DNA of 64,000 nt from an uncultured Actinomycetes bacterium (GTDB taxonomy: Bacteria; Actinomycetota; Actinomycetes; S36-B12; UBA10799), in the NCBI GenBank assembly GCA_963842975.1, contig CAWJIH010000005.1, positions 81,715 through 145,714 of the forward strand. Direction: 5' to 3'. Position 1 is the first letter of the stretch. Every line of letters starts with the position of its first letter. The translations under genes were made by a program, and so were the position numbers. Below are positions 40,247 to 48,297 of the stretch, in pieces. Under the pieces are notes generated by a model, which ran no database searches, was not told where the DNA came from, and saw nothing but the letters and a program-made list of their open reading frames with translations.

Positions 40247-41809
40247 CTAACTGCGCCCGGCGGTAGCGGTCAGCAGGGTGCCGGATTCGTTGCGTGGTGG
40301 TGTCCGAACCTCGGAGTGGGATTCGGCTCCGGAACCGACGATGTGATTCAGCACCTGCTGCCGCCAGCCTGGAACGTGGTCCACTCGCAGCCGCCGGTCC
40401 AGTACGTCGTCTGCTGTGACTGCTCCTTCGGCCGACCGAGCCCAGGCCACCTCCACGGGTAGCACCGGAGTGCCAGGGATCGGCTCCAGCAATCGTGCAT
40501 CACCATGGGCGAGGGCGGCGACCACACCAGCCTCAGCTCCGAAGCGTGCCACCAGTCGATCCGCGCCGGGCTGCCACGGCTGCGCGCCCACCAGCGGCAA
40601 TCGCCGGGTGCGGCAGGGTCGGTCGGTGAGCAGGTCCACGACATCTTCTGCCATCCGCCGATACGTGGTGAGTTTGCCACCGACCACGCTGATCGGATCA
40701 CCGTCGAGCACGGCATGCCGACGGGACAGATCCGAACTGCTGCCGTGCTTCCCGGAGAGCAGCGGACGGTATCCGGAGTAGGTCGAGATGATGTCGCCGT
40801 GCGTGAGCGCCGAGCCGAGTCCGGAATTGATCGTGTCGAGGAGAAAGTCGATCTCGGCGGAGTCGGCCTTGGGGTCGTCGAGGTCGGCTGTCGTCTCGAC
40901 GTCGGTGAGGCCGATGAACACCAGACCTTCAGGTTCCGGCAGTGCGAACACGAAGCGCGACGTCGAGCCCGGAACCGGCACCATCAGCGCGGCCGTGGGA
41001 TGCCCGAGTCGAGCCGCATCCACCACCAGGTGAGTACCCCGCGAACGCACCAACTCGACCCGGTCATCAAGCCCGTCAGCCCATGCGCCGGTGGCGTTGA
41101 CCACTCGGCTGGCACGAATCGACCACGCCTCGCCGGTCAGTGAATCGACAACATCGACGCCGTCGGAACTGACCGCCGTCGCAGCGGTATGGGTGAGGAT
41201 GTGCGCGCCGTAGGCGGCTGCGGTGCGCGCCACGGCGACCACCAGCCTGGCGTCGTCAACGAGTTGGCCGTCCCAGGACAGCGAGGCCCCGTCGATGTCA
41301 GCACGCATCCCGGGCACGAGGTTGAGCGCTTCCAGCCGGTCGAGTCGGCGCGGGGGAGCCAGCCGACTCCCAGTGAGTCGACGCATCGTGTCGCCCGCCC
41401 GCAGCCCAAGCGCCACCAGTCGGCGGTCGACCTCGGGGGTGTGAGGGACGATCTGGGCAAGCGGATGGGTCAGATGCGGCGCGATCGCTGCCATGATGCG
41501 TTCCCGTTCCACCGCCGACTCCCAGGCCACCCCGACTTGCCCGGTGGCGAGGTAACGCAGACCGCCATGCACGAGTTTGGATGACCACCTGCTGGTACCG
41601 AAGGCGAGATCGCGCGACTCAACGAGCGCGACCGAAAGTCCGCGCGTGGCTGCGTCGAGGGCCACCCCGACTCCGGTGATGCCGCCACCGATCACGACCA
41701 CATCGACGGCGTGGTCGGCCAGGATCTCTTGGTCACGTTGGCGACGGTCAGCCGAAAGTCGCGATGATGGCGCCCCCGGTGCCACCGGCGGCAGGGAAGA
41801 ATTGCTCAT
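40247..41809 (-). CDS. glpD: FAD-dependent glycerol-3-phosphate dehydrogenase
   Basis: DVVVIGGGITGVGVALDAATRGLSVALVE..DLAFGTSRWSSKLVHGGLRYL. 520 aa. Confidence 0.9.
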   Translation of the reverse strand: MSNSSLPPVAPGAPSSRLSADRRQRDQEILADHAVDVVVIGGGITGVGVALDAATRGLSVALVESRDLAFGTSRWSSKLVHGGLRYLATGQVGVAWESAVERERIMAAIAPHLTHPLAQIVPHTPEVDRRLVALGLRAGDTMRRLTGSRLAPPRRLDRLEALNLVPGMRADIDGASLSWDGQLVDDARLVVAVARTAAAYGAHILTHTAATAVSSDGVDVVDSLTGEAWSIRASRVVNATGAWADGLDDRVELVRSRGTHLVVDAARLGHPTAALMVPVPGSTSRFVFALPEPEGLVFIGLTDVETTADLDDPKADSAEIDFLLDTINSGLGSALTHGDIISTYSGYRPLLSGKHGSSSDLSRRHAVLDGDPISVVGGKLTTYRRMAEDVVDLLTDRPCRTRRLPLVGAQPWQPGADRLVARFGAEAGVVAALAHGDARLLEPIPGTPVLPVEVAWARSAEGAVTADDVLDRRLRVDHVPGWRQQVLNHIVGSGAESHSEVRTPPRNESGTLLTATAGRS

Positions 41810-42504
41810 GACAGGTAGCCTCCGATCATCACGGTGAATTCGTCCCAGCGCTCGCCATGGTCGCCTTCGGATCTGGCAAGTGATTCGGTGTAAATGAAGG
41901 CGGTTGCAGCAGTCACGACGATCCGCGCGGTCAACTCTGGGTCGCGGCTGCGGATCGACCCATCGGAACCGGCGCGCAGCATTGCCGCGAGCATCGCTTC
42001 AGCGGCACGTTGGGTGGAGCCTCGCCGGGTCACCAGTTGGGGCAGCAACGCGGCCGGATCGAGCGCGATGAGCCGCAGCATGAGCGGATGTCCGGCAATG
42101 GCCTCAGCGGCGTCGGACACCGTGGCGGCGATCCGGATGGCATCGGTGTCGCCAGTGGCGCCACGTTGGGCGATATCGAGCAACGTGACCAATTCGTGCG
42201 TGAGCACTTCACTGACCAAGGTTCGCAGCTGGGCGTAGCGTCGATAGACGGTCATTCGAGAGACTCCCGCTCGGCGTGCCACCTCGGTGAGGGTGGCCCG
42301 AGCCGGACCGACGTCGAGAAGCACGTCGTAGGCGGCGGCCAGGATGGGATCGGATCGCACTTCGAGACACGGTGCGGAGTTGGCAGCTTCAACTGGGCTG
42401 GGACTGGCTGGCGCGTCGATCTCGGACTCATCGGGGAGATTCGCTGCAGCAGGCACCTCGGCCGATGCAGCAGCACCAGATCCCATGTTACGGTTCGACG
42501 ACAT
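41806..42504 (-). CDS. TetR family transcriptional regulator, ATGA-coupled to glpD
   Basis: HTH region ATLTEVARRAGVSRMTVYRRYA. The 42504 start is supported by TACGCT-N7-ATG. The longer ORF to 42684 is unsupported. Confidence 0.8.
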   Translation of the reverse strand: MSSNRNMGSGAAASAEVPAAANLPDESEIDAPASPSPVEAANSAPCLEVRSDPILAAAYDVLLDVGPARATLTEVARRAGVSRMTVYRRYAQLRTLVSEVLTHELVTLLDIAQRGATGDTDAIRIAATVSDAAEAIAGHPLMLRLIALDPAALLPQLVTRRGSTQRAAEAMLAAMLRAGSDGSIRSRDPELTARIVVTAATAFIYTESLARSEGDHGERWDEFTVMIGGYLS

Positions 42505-42511
42505 GTGTAAC

Positions 42512-42517
42512 AGCGTA
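42512..42517 (-). promoter_or_regulatory. -10-like hexamer TACGCT, 7 nt upstream of the TetR ATG (leaderless candidate)
   Basis: The minus strand reads TACGCT-GTTACAC-ATG. It is embedded in GTAACA/TGTTAC repeats (42486-42520). Confidence 0.4.
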
Positions 42518-42560
42518 ACAACGATCATGAGTTCGCACCACACCCGTGGAAGGAAGCCCC

Positions 42561-44195
42561 ATGAGCACCGCCTTCGCTCTCGACCTCGACCCCACCCGTT
42601 GGGGGAAGCCACCGGCCGAAGCTGGCCTCGACGAATCCGCCACGCAATTCCTGGCGGCCCACGTTGGCAAGGCCGCGGCGGCAACTGGCGAACCGCAGTG
42701 GGATGACGTGGTGGTGCCTCCCAGCAGATTGCAGTCGTCCCAACTGGAGGCGCTCGCCGGCATTGTTGGCGCGGGTGCGGTCTTTAGCGATGATGACTCG
42801 CGTCGACGGCATGCTGGGGGGCTTTCCTTCCTCGACCTGGTCGCCCGGCGACGCGACGAGGTGGTGGCTCCGGATGCAGTAGTACTGCCACGTTCGGCAG
42901 ATGAGATTGCTGGACTGCTGCGCTGGTGTGAAGCACAGAACGTCGCCGCCGTGGCCTTTGGCGGGGGCACCTCGGTGGTCGGAGGCCTGCGCACCGCAGC
43001 GATTCCCCGTCCCTCGATTGCGCTGTCCATGACTCGGATGGCCGATCTGCTCGATGTCGACGCGGAATCACACTTGGTCACGGTGGGCCCGGGAATCACC
43101 GGACCGGAACTCGAACGGCTGCTGGCTCCGCGCGGATTCACCCTCGGGCACTACCCCCAGTCATGGCAGCGCGCCACCATCGGTGGTTATGCCGCGACCC
43201 GCTCGGCCGGGCAGTCGTCCACCGGATACGGGCGTAGCGACGACATGGTCGAGTCCATGTTGGTGGTCACCCCGCGCGGGCAGATCCGCGTCGGACGGGT
43301 AGCTGCGAGCGCCGCTGGGCCTGATCTGCGAGCGCTTTTCGTGGGATCGGAAGGTGCCTTCGGGGTGATCGCGGAGGTGACGTTGCGGGTGCGTTCCATT
43401 CCGTCGACGAAGTCGTATACCGCGGTCATGTTTGGCGACTACCTATCCGGGCTTGCAGCCTTCCGTGCGATGGCACAGGCCAGGGCCACCGCCGACGTCA
43501 TGCGACTGTCGGATCCGGCCGAGACCGACGTGACCATGGCGATGTCTGGCCCCAGCGGTCGGGCCTCCGAGGCACTCCAGCGATACCTGCGGATGCGCGG
43601 CGTCTCGGAACCTACGATGGCCATCCTGGGGTGGGAGGGGTCGCGTGGGAGCGTGTTGGCACGCCGGTTGGAAGGCCTCAAGACGCTGAGATCCGCCGGT
43701 GCGGTGTCACTGGGTTCGGGTGTGGGCGGTGCGTGGCTACGGCATCGATTCGACGCGCCCTTCCTGCGCGACGACCTACTCGATGCCGGCTACTTGGTGG
43801 AAACCCTGGAAACCGCGACCCACTGGTCCCGGCTACCCGAACTGCGCGACGCCGTGACCCAAAGCCTCAGCGAGAGCCTGGCTGCGCCCGGGTGCACGCC
43901 GTATGTCATGTCGCACGTGTCGCACGTGTACGAGACCGGTGCATCCCTCTATTTCACGGTCCTGGCCGTGCAGGCAGCGGATCCTCGGGCACAGTGGCAA
44001 CAGGCGAAGGCGGCAGCGACGGAAACGATCGTGGCCCAGGGTGCCACGGTCACCCACCATCACGCGATTGGCCGGGACCATGCTCCCTGGCTGGAAGCCG
44101 AAGTGGGCAGCACTGGCGTGGGTGTCCTCTCGGCGGTGAAGGAGTATCTCGATCCGGCCCACGTCCTCAACCCTGGGGTGCTTGGCCTGGGCTGA
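42561..44195 (+). CDS. FAD-linked oxidase (FAD_binding_4 / alkyl-DHAP-synthase- or GlcD-like flavoprotein)
   Basis: AFGGGTSVVGG, GPGITGPELERLL, GHYPQS and GSEGAFGVIAEVTLRV. SD GGAAGGAAG precedes ATG 42561. Divergent from TetR-glpD, as in the mycobacterial glpD1 locus. Confidence 0.8.
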   Translation: MSTAFALDLDPTRWGKPPAEAGLDESATQFLAAHVGKAAAATGEPQWDDVVVPPSRLQSSQLEALAGIVGAGAVFSDDDSRRRHAGGLSFLDLVARRRDEVVAPDAVVLPRSADEIAGLLRWCEAQNVAAVAFGGGTSVVGGLRTAAIPRPSIALSMTRMADLLDVDAESHLVTVGPGITGPELERLLAPRGFTLGHYPQSWQRATIGGYAATRSAGQSSTGYGRSDDMVESMLVVTPRGQIRVGRVAASAAGPDLRALFVGSEGAFGVIAEVTLRVRSIPSTKSYTAVMFGDYLSGLAAFRAMAQARATADVMRLSDPAETDVTMAMSGPSGRASEALQRYLRMRGVSEPTMAILGWEGSRGSVLARRLEGLKTLRSAGAVSLGSGVGGAWLRHRFDAPFLRDDLLDAGYLVETLETATHWSRLPELRDAVTQSLSESLAAPGCTPYVMSHVSHVYETGASLYFTVLAVQAADPRAQWQQAKAAATETIVAQGATVTHHHAIGRDHAPWLEAEVGSTGVGVLSAVKEYLDPAHVLNPGVLGLG

Positions 44196-44211
44196 GTCCG
44201 AAGCTGCGGAA

Positions 44212-44778
44212 TCACTCGGGTGTGGAGTGATCGTGTAACGCGGTTGCCAGCCGCACCATGCGGACCGTCACCGTGCCGTCACCATGCAGGTCCAGGGTGC
44301 GATGCGCGCCGTCAGCGGCGAATCCGGCCGCGCCGAGTAGGCCGCGCAACTCGTCATCATCGCTGGCCACCCACATCACACCGCCGTCGATGTCGCCAGC
44401 CGCTTGGCAGATATCGGCCCACGCGGCCAGCAGGCGGGAACCGTGCCCGGCCCCGATGTGCTCATTGGCCACAGCCAATTCGACGATCTCGAGCCATGGT
44501 GCGTCCGAAAGGTCAGGATCGGTTGCTGGGACGGCCGCGAGTACACCCACCACGACGCCGTCGCTCACGGCCACCAAGACAAGTGCCCTTCCGTCCGGCC
44601 AGTTGGCTCCGGCGGCAACAAGGTCGTGCCAACCCTCAACGGCGGGCGCGGTAGCGCCGAGCACCTCCGGTGGCAGCAGCAGGGCGTAGCGGGCCGCCCA
44701 GGCTTCCTGCTGCAGTTGGGCGCAGACCTCGGCTTCGACAAGTTGGGCGGGTCGGACAAACACCGAAGCCTCAGGCAT
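44212..44778 (-). CDS. GNAT-family N-acetyltransferase
   Basis: 188 aa. The IVELAVANEHIGAGHGSRLLAAWADI acetyl-CoA binding motif region. Confidence 0.7.
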   Translation of the reverse strand: MPEASVFVRPAQLVEAEVCAQLQQEAWAARYALLLPPEVLGATAPAVEGWHDLVAAGANWPDGRALVLVAVSDGVVVGVLAAVPATDPDLSDAPWLEIVELAVANEHIGAGHGSRLLAAWADICQAAGDIDGGVMWVASDDDELRGLLGAAGFAADGAHRTLDLHGDGTVTVRMVRLATALHDHSTPE

Positions 44779-44862
44779 GGGCCGAATCTATTACTCATCC
44801 GCGTCCAGCGTTACTTGAGCACGGGCTGCAGCGTCGCTTGAGCACCGAAAGTGGCATCCACA

Positions 44863-44868
44863 TAGGCT
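44863..44868 (+). promoter_or_regulatory. -10-like hexamer TAGGCT, 7 nt upstream of the thyX ATG (leaderless candidate)
   Basis: TAGGCT-GTCGGGC-ATG(44876). Confidence 0.45.
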
Positions 44869-44875
44869 GTCGGGC

Positions 44876-45592
44876 ATGACAGACATCGAATTCCGGAGCA
44901 CCATGAGCGTCGAATTGGTGAAGGCCTCAGCATCGGATGCTGACGTCGTCTTCGCCGCCCGGGTATCGACCAAAGGGGAGGCCTCCCTTTCGGAGGTCGA
45001 AGCCGACGCCACCGGATCATCTGGCCTCATCAACTACCTCATGCGTGATCGACACGGATCGCCGTTCGAGCACAACTCCCTGACGTACTTTGTGAGCGCC
45101 CCGATCTTTGTGTTCCGCGAGTTCATGCGCCACCGGATTGCGTCCTACAACGAGGAGTCCGGTCGCTACCGCGAACTGCGCCCGGTTTTCTACGTGCCGG
45201 GTCCGGAGCGCAAACTGGTGCAGCAGGGCAAACCGGGGGCGTACGAGTTTGTGGACGGCACCGCTGAGCAGTACCAACGAGTCGACACCTTGGTGCGCCA
45301 ATCGTGCGCCCAGGCCTATGACGCCTACCAGCAGATGCTGGCCGACGGTGTTGCTCGCGAGGTGGCCAGGATCGTGCTGCCGGTGACCACCTATTCGTCT
45401 ATGTACGTGACCATGAACGCGCGGGCACTGATGAACTTCCTGTCATTGCGCACCAAACGCGACAACGCCCGTAACCCCTCTTTCCCGCAGCGCGAGATCG
45501 AAATGGTGGCCGAGGCGATGGAATCTGAGTGGGCCGCTTTGATGCCGCTCACACATGCCGCCTTCGAAGCACACGGACGCGTCGCTCCCTGA
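44876..45592 (+). CDS. thyX: FAD-dependent thymidylate synthase
   Basis: ThyX signature RHRIASYNEESGRY. Also SPFEH and LSLRT. Confidence 0.95.
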   Translation: MTDIEFRSTMSVELVKASASDADVVFAARVSTKGEASLSEVEADATGSSGLINYLMRDRHGSPFEHNSLTYFVSAPIFVFREFMRHRIASYNEESGRYRELRPVFYVPGPERKLVQQGKPGAYEFVDGTAEQYQRVDTLVRQSCAQAYDAYQQMLADGVAREVARIVLPVTTYSSMYVTMNARALMNFLSLRTKRDNARNPSFPQREIEMVAEAMESEWAALMPLTHAAFEAHGRVAP

Positions 45593-45610
45593 CACCAGAC
45601 CGCGCCCAGG

Positions 45611-45616
45611 TAGCCT
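45611..45616 (+). promoter_or_regulatory. -10-like hexamer TAGCCT, 7 nt upstream of the dapA ATG (leaderless candidate)
   Basis: TAGCCT-GACCGTC-ATG(45624). Confidence 0.45.
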
Positions 45617-45623
45617 GACCGTC

Positions 45624-46514
45624 ATGGCTCCCACTTCACTCGGCAACGTCCTCACCGCCATGGTGACGCCGATGACGTCCGACTTCGCGGTCGACTTCAG
45701 CGGTGCCCAGACCCTCGCGACCCACCTCCTGGAGTTGGGTAACGACGGCCTCGTCCTCAATGGCACCACCGGTGAGTCGCCGACCACCTCCGACGCGGAG
45801 AAAGCTGACCTGATTCGCGAAGTTCGTGCGGCGGTCGGAGACGCTGTGCCGCTGATCGCAGGCGTCGGCACCAACAACACCGCGCACACGATCGAGTTGG
45901 CCAGGCAAGCTGCCGCGGCCGGTGCCGACGCGCTGCTCGTGGTCACGCCCTACTACTCGAAGCCCTCCCAAGAAGGGTTGCTCGCGCACTTTCGGGCAGT
46001 CGCAGATGCAACCGAGCTGCCGGTAATGCTCTACGACATCCCCGGACGTTCTGGTGTGCCGATAGCAACCGAAACCCTGCTGCGTGCCGCCGAACACGAC
46101 CGCATCGTCGCGGTCAAAGACGCCAAGGGTGATCTCGCCGCCTCCACCGCCGTACTGCGTGCCACAGACTTGCTCTGGTACTCCGGCGACGACGGACTCA
46201 ACCTACCTTTCCTGGCGATCGGTGCCACCGGATTCGTCAGCGTCGCCGGGCACCTCATCGCCGATCGTCTGGTCGCGATGCGCCGGGCCTTCATCAATGG
46301 CAACGTGGCCGCGGCCAGTGCACTGTTCTACGACACCGAACCGGTGTCGGTCGGGCTGTTCCGGGCCCCAGCCGTGGCGCTGACGAAAGCTGCGCTAGCC
46401 GCGCAGGGTCACCCCGCCGGGCCGCCACGGATGCCGCTGCTCCCCGCCACTGACGCCCAGCTTGCCACCCTCGCCGAGGATCTAGCCTCGGTCGGCGTGG
46501 TGCTGGGCGGCTGA
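45624..46514 (+). CDS. dapA: 4-hydroxy-tetrahydrodipicolinate synthase
   Basis: TAMVTPM, GLVLNGTTGESPT, VTPYYSKP, YDIPGRSG and VAVKDAKGD (catalytic Lys). Confidence 0.95.
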   Translation: MAPTSLGNVLTAMVTPMTSDFAVDFSGAQTLATHLLELGNDGLVLNGTTGESPTTSDAEKADLIREVRAAVGDAVPLIAGVGTNNTAHTIELARQAAAAGADALLVVTPYYSKPSQEGLLAHFRAVADATELPVMLYDIPGRSGVPIATETLLRAAEHDRIVAVKDAKGDLAASTAVLRATDLLWYSGDDGLNLPFLAIGATGFVSVAGHLIADRLVAMRRAFINGNVAAASALFYDTEPVSVGLFRAPAVALTKAALAAQGHPAGPPRMPLLPATDAQLATLAEDLASVGVVLGG

Positions 46515-46581
46515 GTCATGAGTGGAGCCGCGCATCCCCATCCCGGACTAAGCTGCCCCGGGGCCCCTGGTTGAGCATGGT

Positions 46582-48213
46582 TTGCGAATCGTGCCGTTGG
46601 GTGGTTTGGGTGAGATCGGTCGCAATATGGCCGTGTTTGAGTTCGCCGGAAAACTCCTGATCGTCGACTGCGGGGTGCTCTTTCCGGAAGAGGACCAGCC
46701 GGGCATTGACCTCATCCTGCCGGACTTCTCCTACATCGCAGACCGGCTCGACGATGTCGTGGCGATCGTGCTCACCCACGGCCACGAGGACCACATCGGG
46801 GGCGTGCCCTACCTGCTCCGGATCCGACCGGACATCCCACTGCTGGGATCCCGCCTCACCCTGGCCCTCATCGAGGCGAAACTGCGCGAGTTCAAAATCA
46901 AGCCCTACACCTACGAGGTGAAGGAAGGCCAGGAGGAGAAACTCGGCCCATTCGACCTGCAGTTCGTGGCCGTCAACCACTCGATTCCCGATGCCCTCGC
47001 GGTGGCAATCACCACCGGCGCGGGCACCGTCTTGCACACCGGCGACTTCAAGATGGACCAGCTGCCGCTCGACGGTCGGATCACCGACCTGAACGCCTTC
47101 GCCCGGCTCGGGGACAACGGCGTCGACCTGTTGATGATCGATTCGACCAATGCCGAGGTTCCCGGATTCGTGCCCGCCGAGGCCGACATTCAGGCGGTGT
47201 TGGAGCACGTTTTTGATGAGACCCCTGGGCGAATCATTGTCGCCTCCTTCGCCTCCCACATTCATCGGGTGCAGCAGGTGATCCGAGCCGCCGCCGCTCG
47301 CGGACGCAAGGTCGCTTTCGTTGGCCGCTCGATGGTGCGCAACATGAACGTCGCTCGCGATCTGGGCTACTTGTCGATCCCGGGTAACACGCTGGTGGCT
47401 GCGGATCGGCTGCGGGATCTGCCCGACGATGAGGTCGTGCTGGTGTGTACCGGGTCCCAGGGGGAACCGATGGCTGTGCTCAGCCGGATCGCTCACCGGG
47501 ACCACCGCATCACAGTGGGCGCAGGCGACACCGTGGTGCTGGCATCGTCCATGATCCCTGGCAACGAGAACGCGGTGAACCGAGTGATCAACGGCCTCAC
47601 GCGACTCGGAGCCCGAGTGGTGCACCAGGGCAACGCCTTCGTGCACGTGTCTGGTCATGCGGCGGCGGGGGAGTTGCTCTATGTGTACAACGTCGTCAAA
47701 CCCAGCAACGTGATGCCGGTGCATGGCGAACCTCGCCACTTGCGGGCAAACGCCGGCATCGCCGCGCTCTCTGGTGTCCCAACCGAGCGCATCGTGGTGG
47801 CAGACGACGGCACTGTGGTGGATCTGGTGGACGGTGTGGCGAAGGTCGCCGGCGCCGTGCCCTGCGGCTACATCTACGTTGACGGCGCCTCGGTGGGCGA
47901 CATCACCGAAGCGGCTCTCATGGATCGGCGAATCCTCGGCGAGGAGGGGTTCATCTCGGTATTCGTGGTGGTGGATGCGTCGGCCGGAACGGTGGTGGCT
48001 GGTCCGGAATTCCACGCCCGCGGTTTCAGTGAAGATGAGGAGATCTTCACCACCATCGCCGATACCTTGCGAACTGCCTTGACCGATTCGATGGCCCAAG
48101 GGGTGGCTGATCGGCACCAACTTCAGCAGATCACGCGCCGGACCGTTGGCCGTTGGGTGAGCAATCGGCACCGTCGCCGGCCAATGATCATTCCGGTCGT
48201 GGTGGAGGAGTAG
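46582..48213 (+). CDS. rnj: Ribonuclease J (conserved core). A probable N-terminal extension starting at ATG 46518 is out of frame; see findings.
   Basis: LRIVPLGGLGEIGRNM, LTHGHEDHIGGVPYLL, HTGDFKMD and HVSGHAAAGEL. Start called at TTG 46582, the first start in frame after TAA 46549-46551. Confidence 0.9.
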   Translation: MRIVPLGGLGEIGRNMAVFEFAGKLLIVDCGVLFPEEDQPGIDLILPDFSYIADRLDDVVAIVLTHGHEDHIGGVPYLLRIRPDIPLLGSRLTLALIEAKLREFKIKPYTYEVKEGQEEKLGPFDLQFVAVNHSIPDALAVAITTGAGTVLHTGDFKMDQLPLDGRITDLNAFARLGDNGVDLLMIDSTNAEVPGFVPAEADIQAVLEHVFDETPGRIIVASFASHIHRVQQVIRAAAARGRKVAFVGRSMVRNMNVARDLGYLSIPGNTLVAADRLRDLPDDEVVLVCTGSQGEPMAVLSRIAHRDHRITVGAGDTVVLASSMIPGNENAVNRVINGLTRLGARVVHQGNAFVHVSGHAAAGELLYVYNVVKPSNVMPVHGEPRHLRANAGIAALSGVPTERIVVADDGTVVDLVDGVAKVAGAVPCGYIYVDGASVGDITEAALMDRRILGEEGFISVFVVVDASAGTVVAGPEFHARGFSEDEEIFTTIADTLRTALTDSMAQGVADRHQLQQITRRTVGRWVSNRHRRRPMIIPVVVEE

Positions 48214-48284
48214 CCAACCCGCCAACTACTGCGCGGACCATCTGGCCACCGCGTGTTTGACGAACCTTGGACACCCTCAACGGT

Positions 48285-48290
48285 TAGGCT
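48285..48290 (+). promoter_or_regulatory. -10-like hexamer TAGGCT, 7 nt upstream of the ftsK ATG (leaderless candidate)
   Basis: TAGGCT-CACGCCC-ATG(48298). Confidence 0.45.
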
Positions 48291-48297
48291 CACGCCC

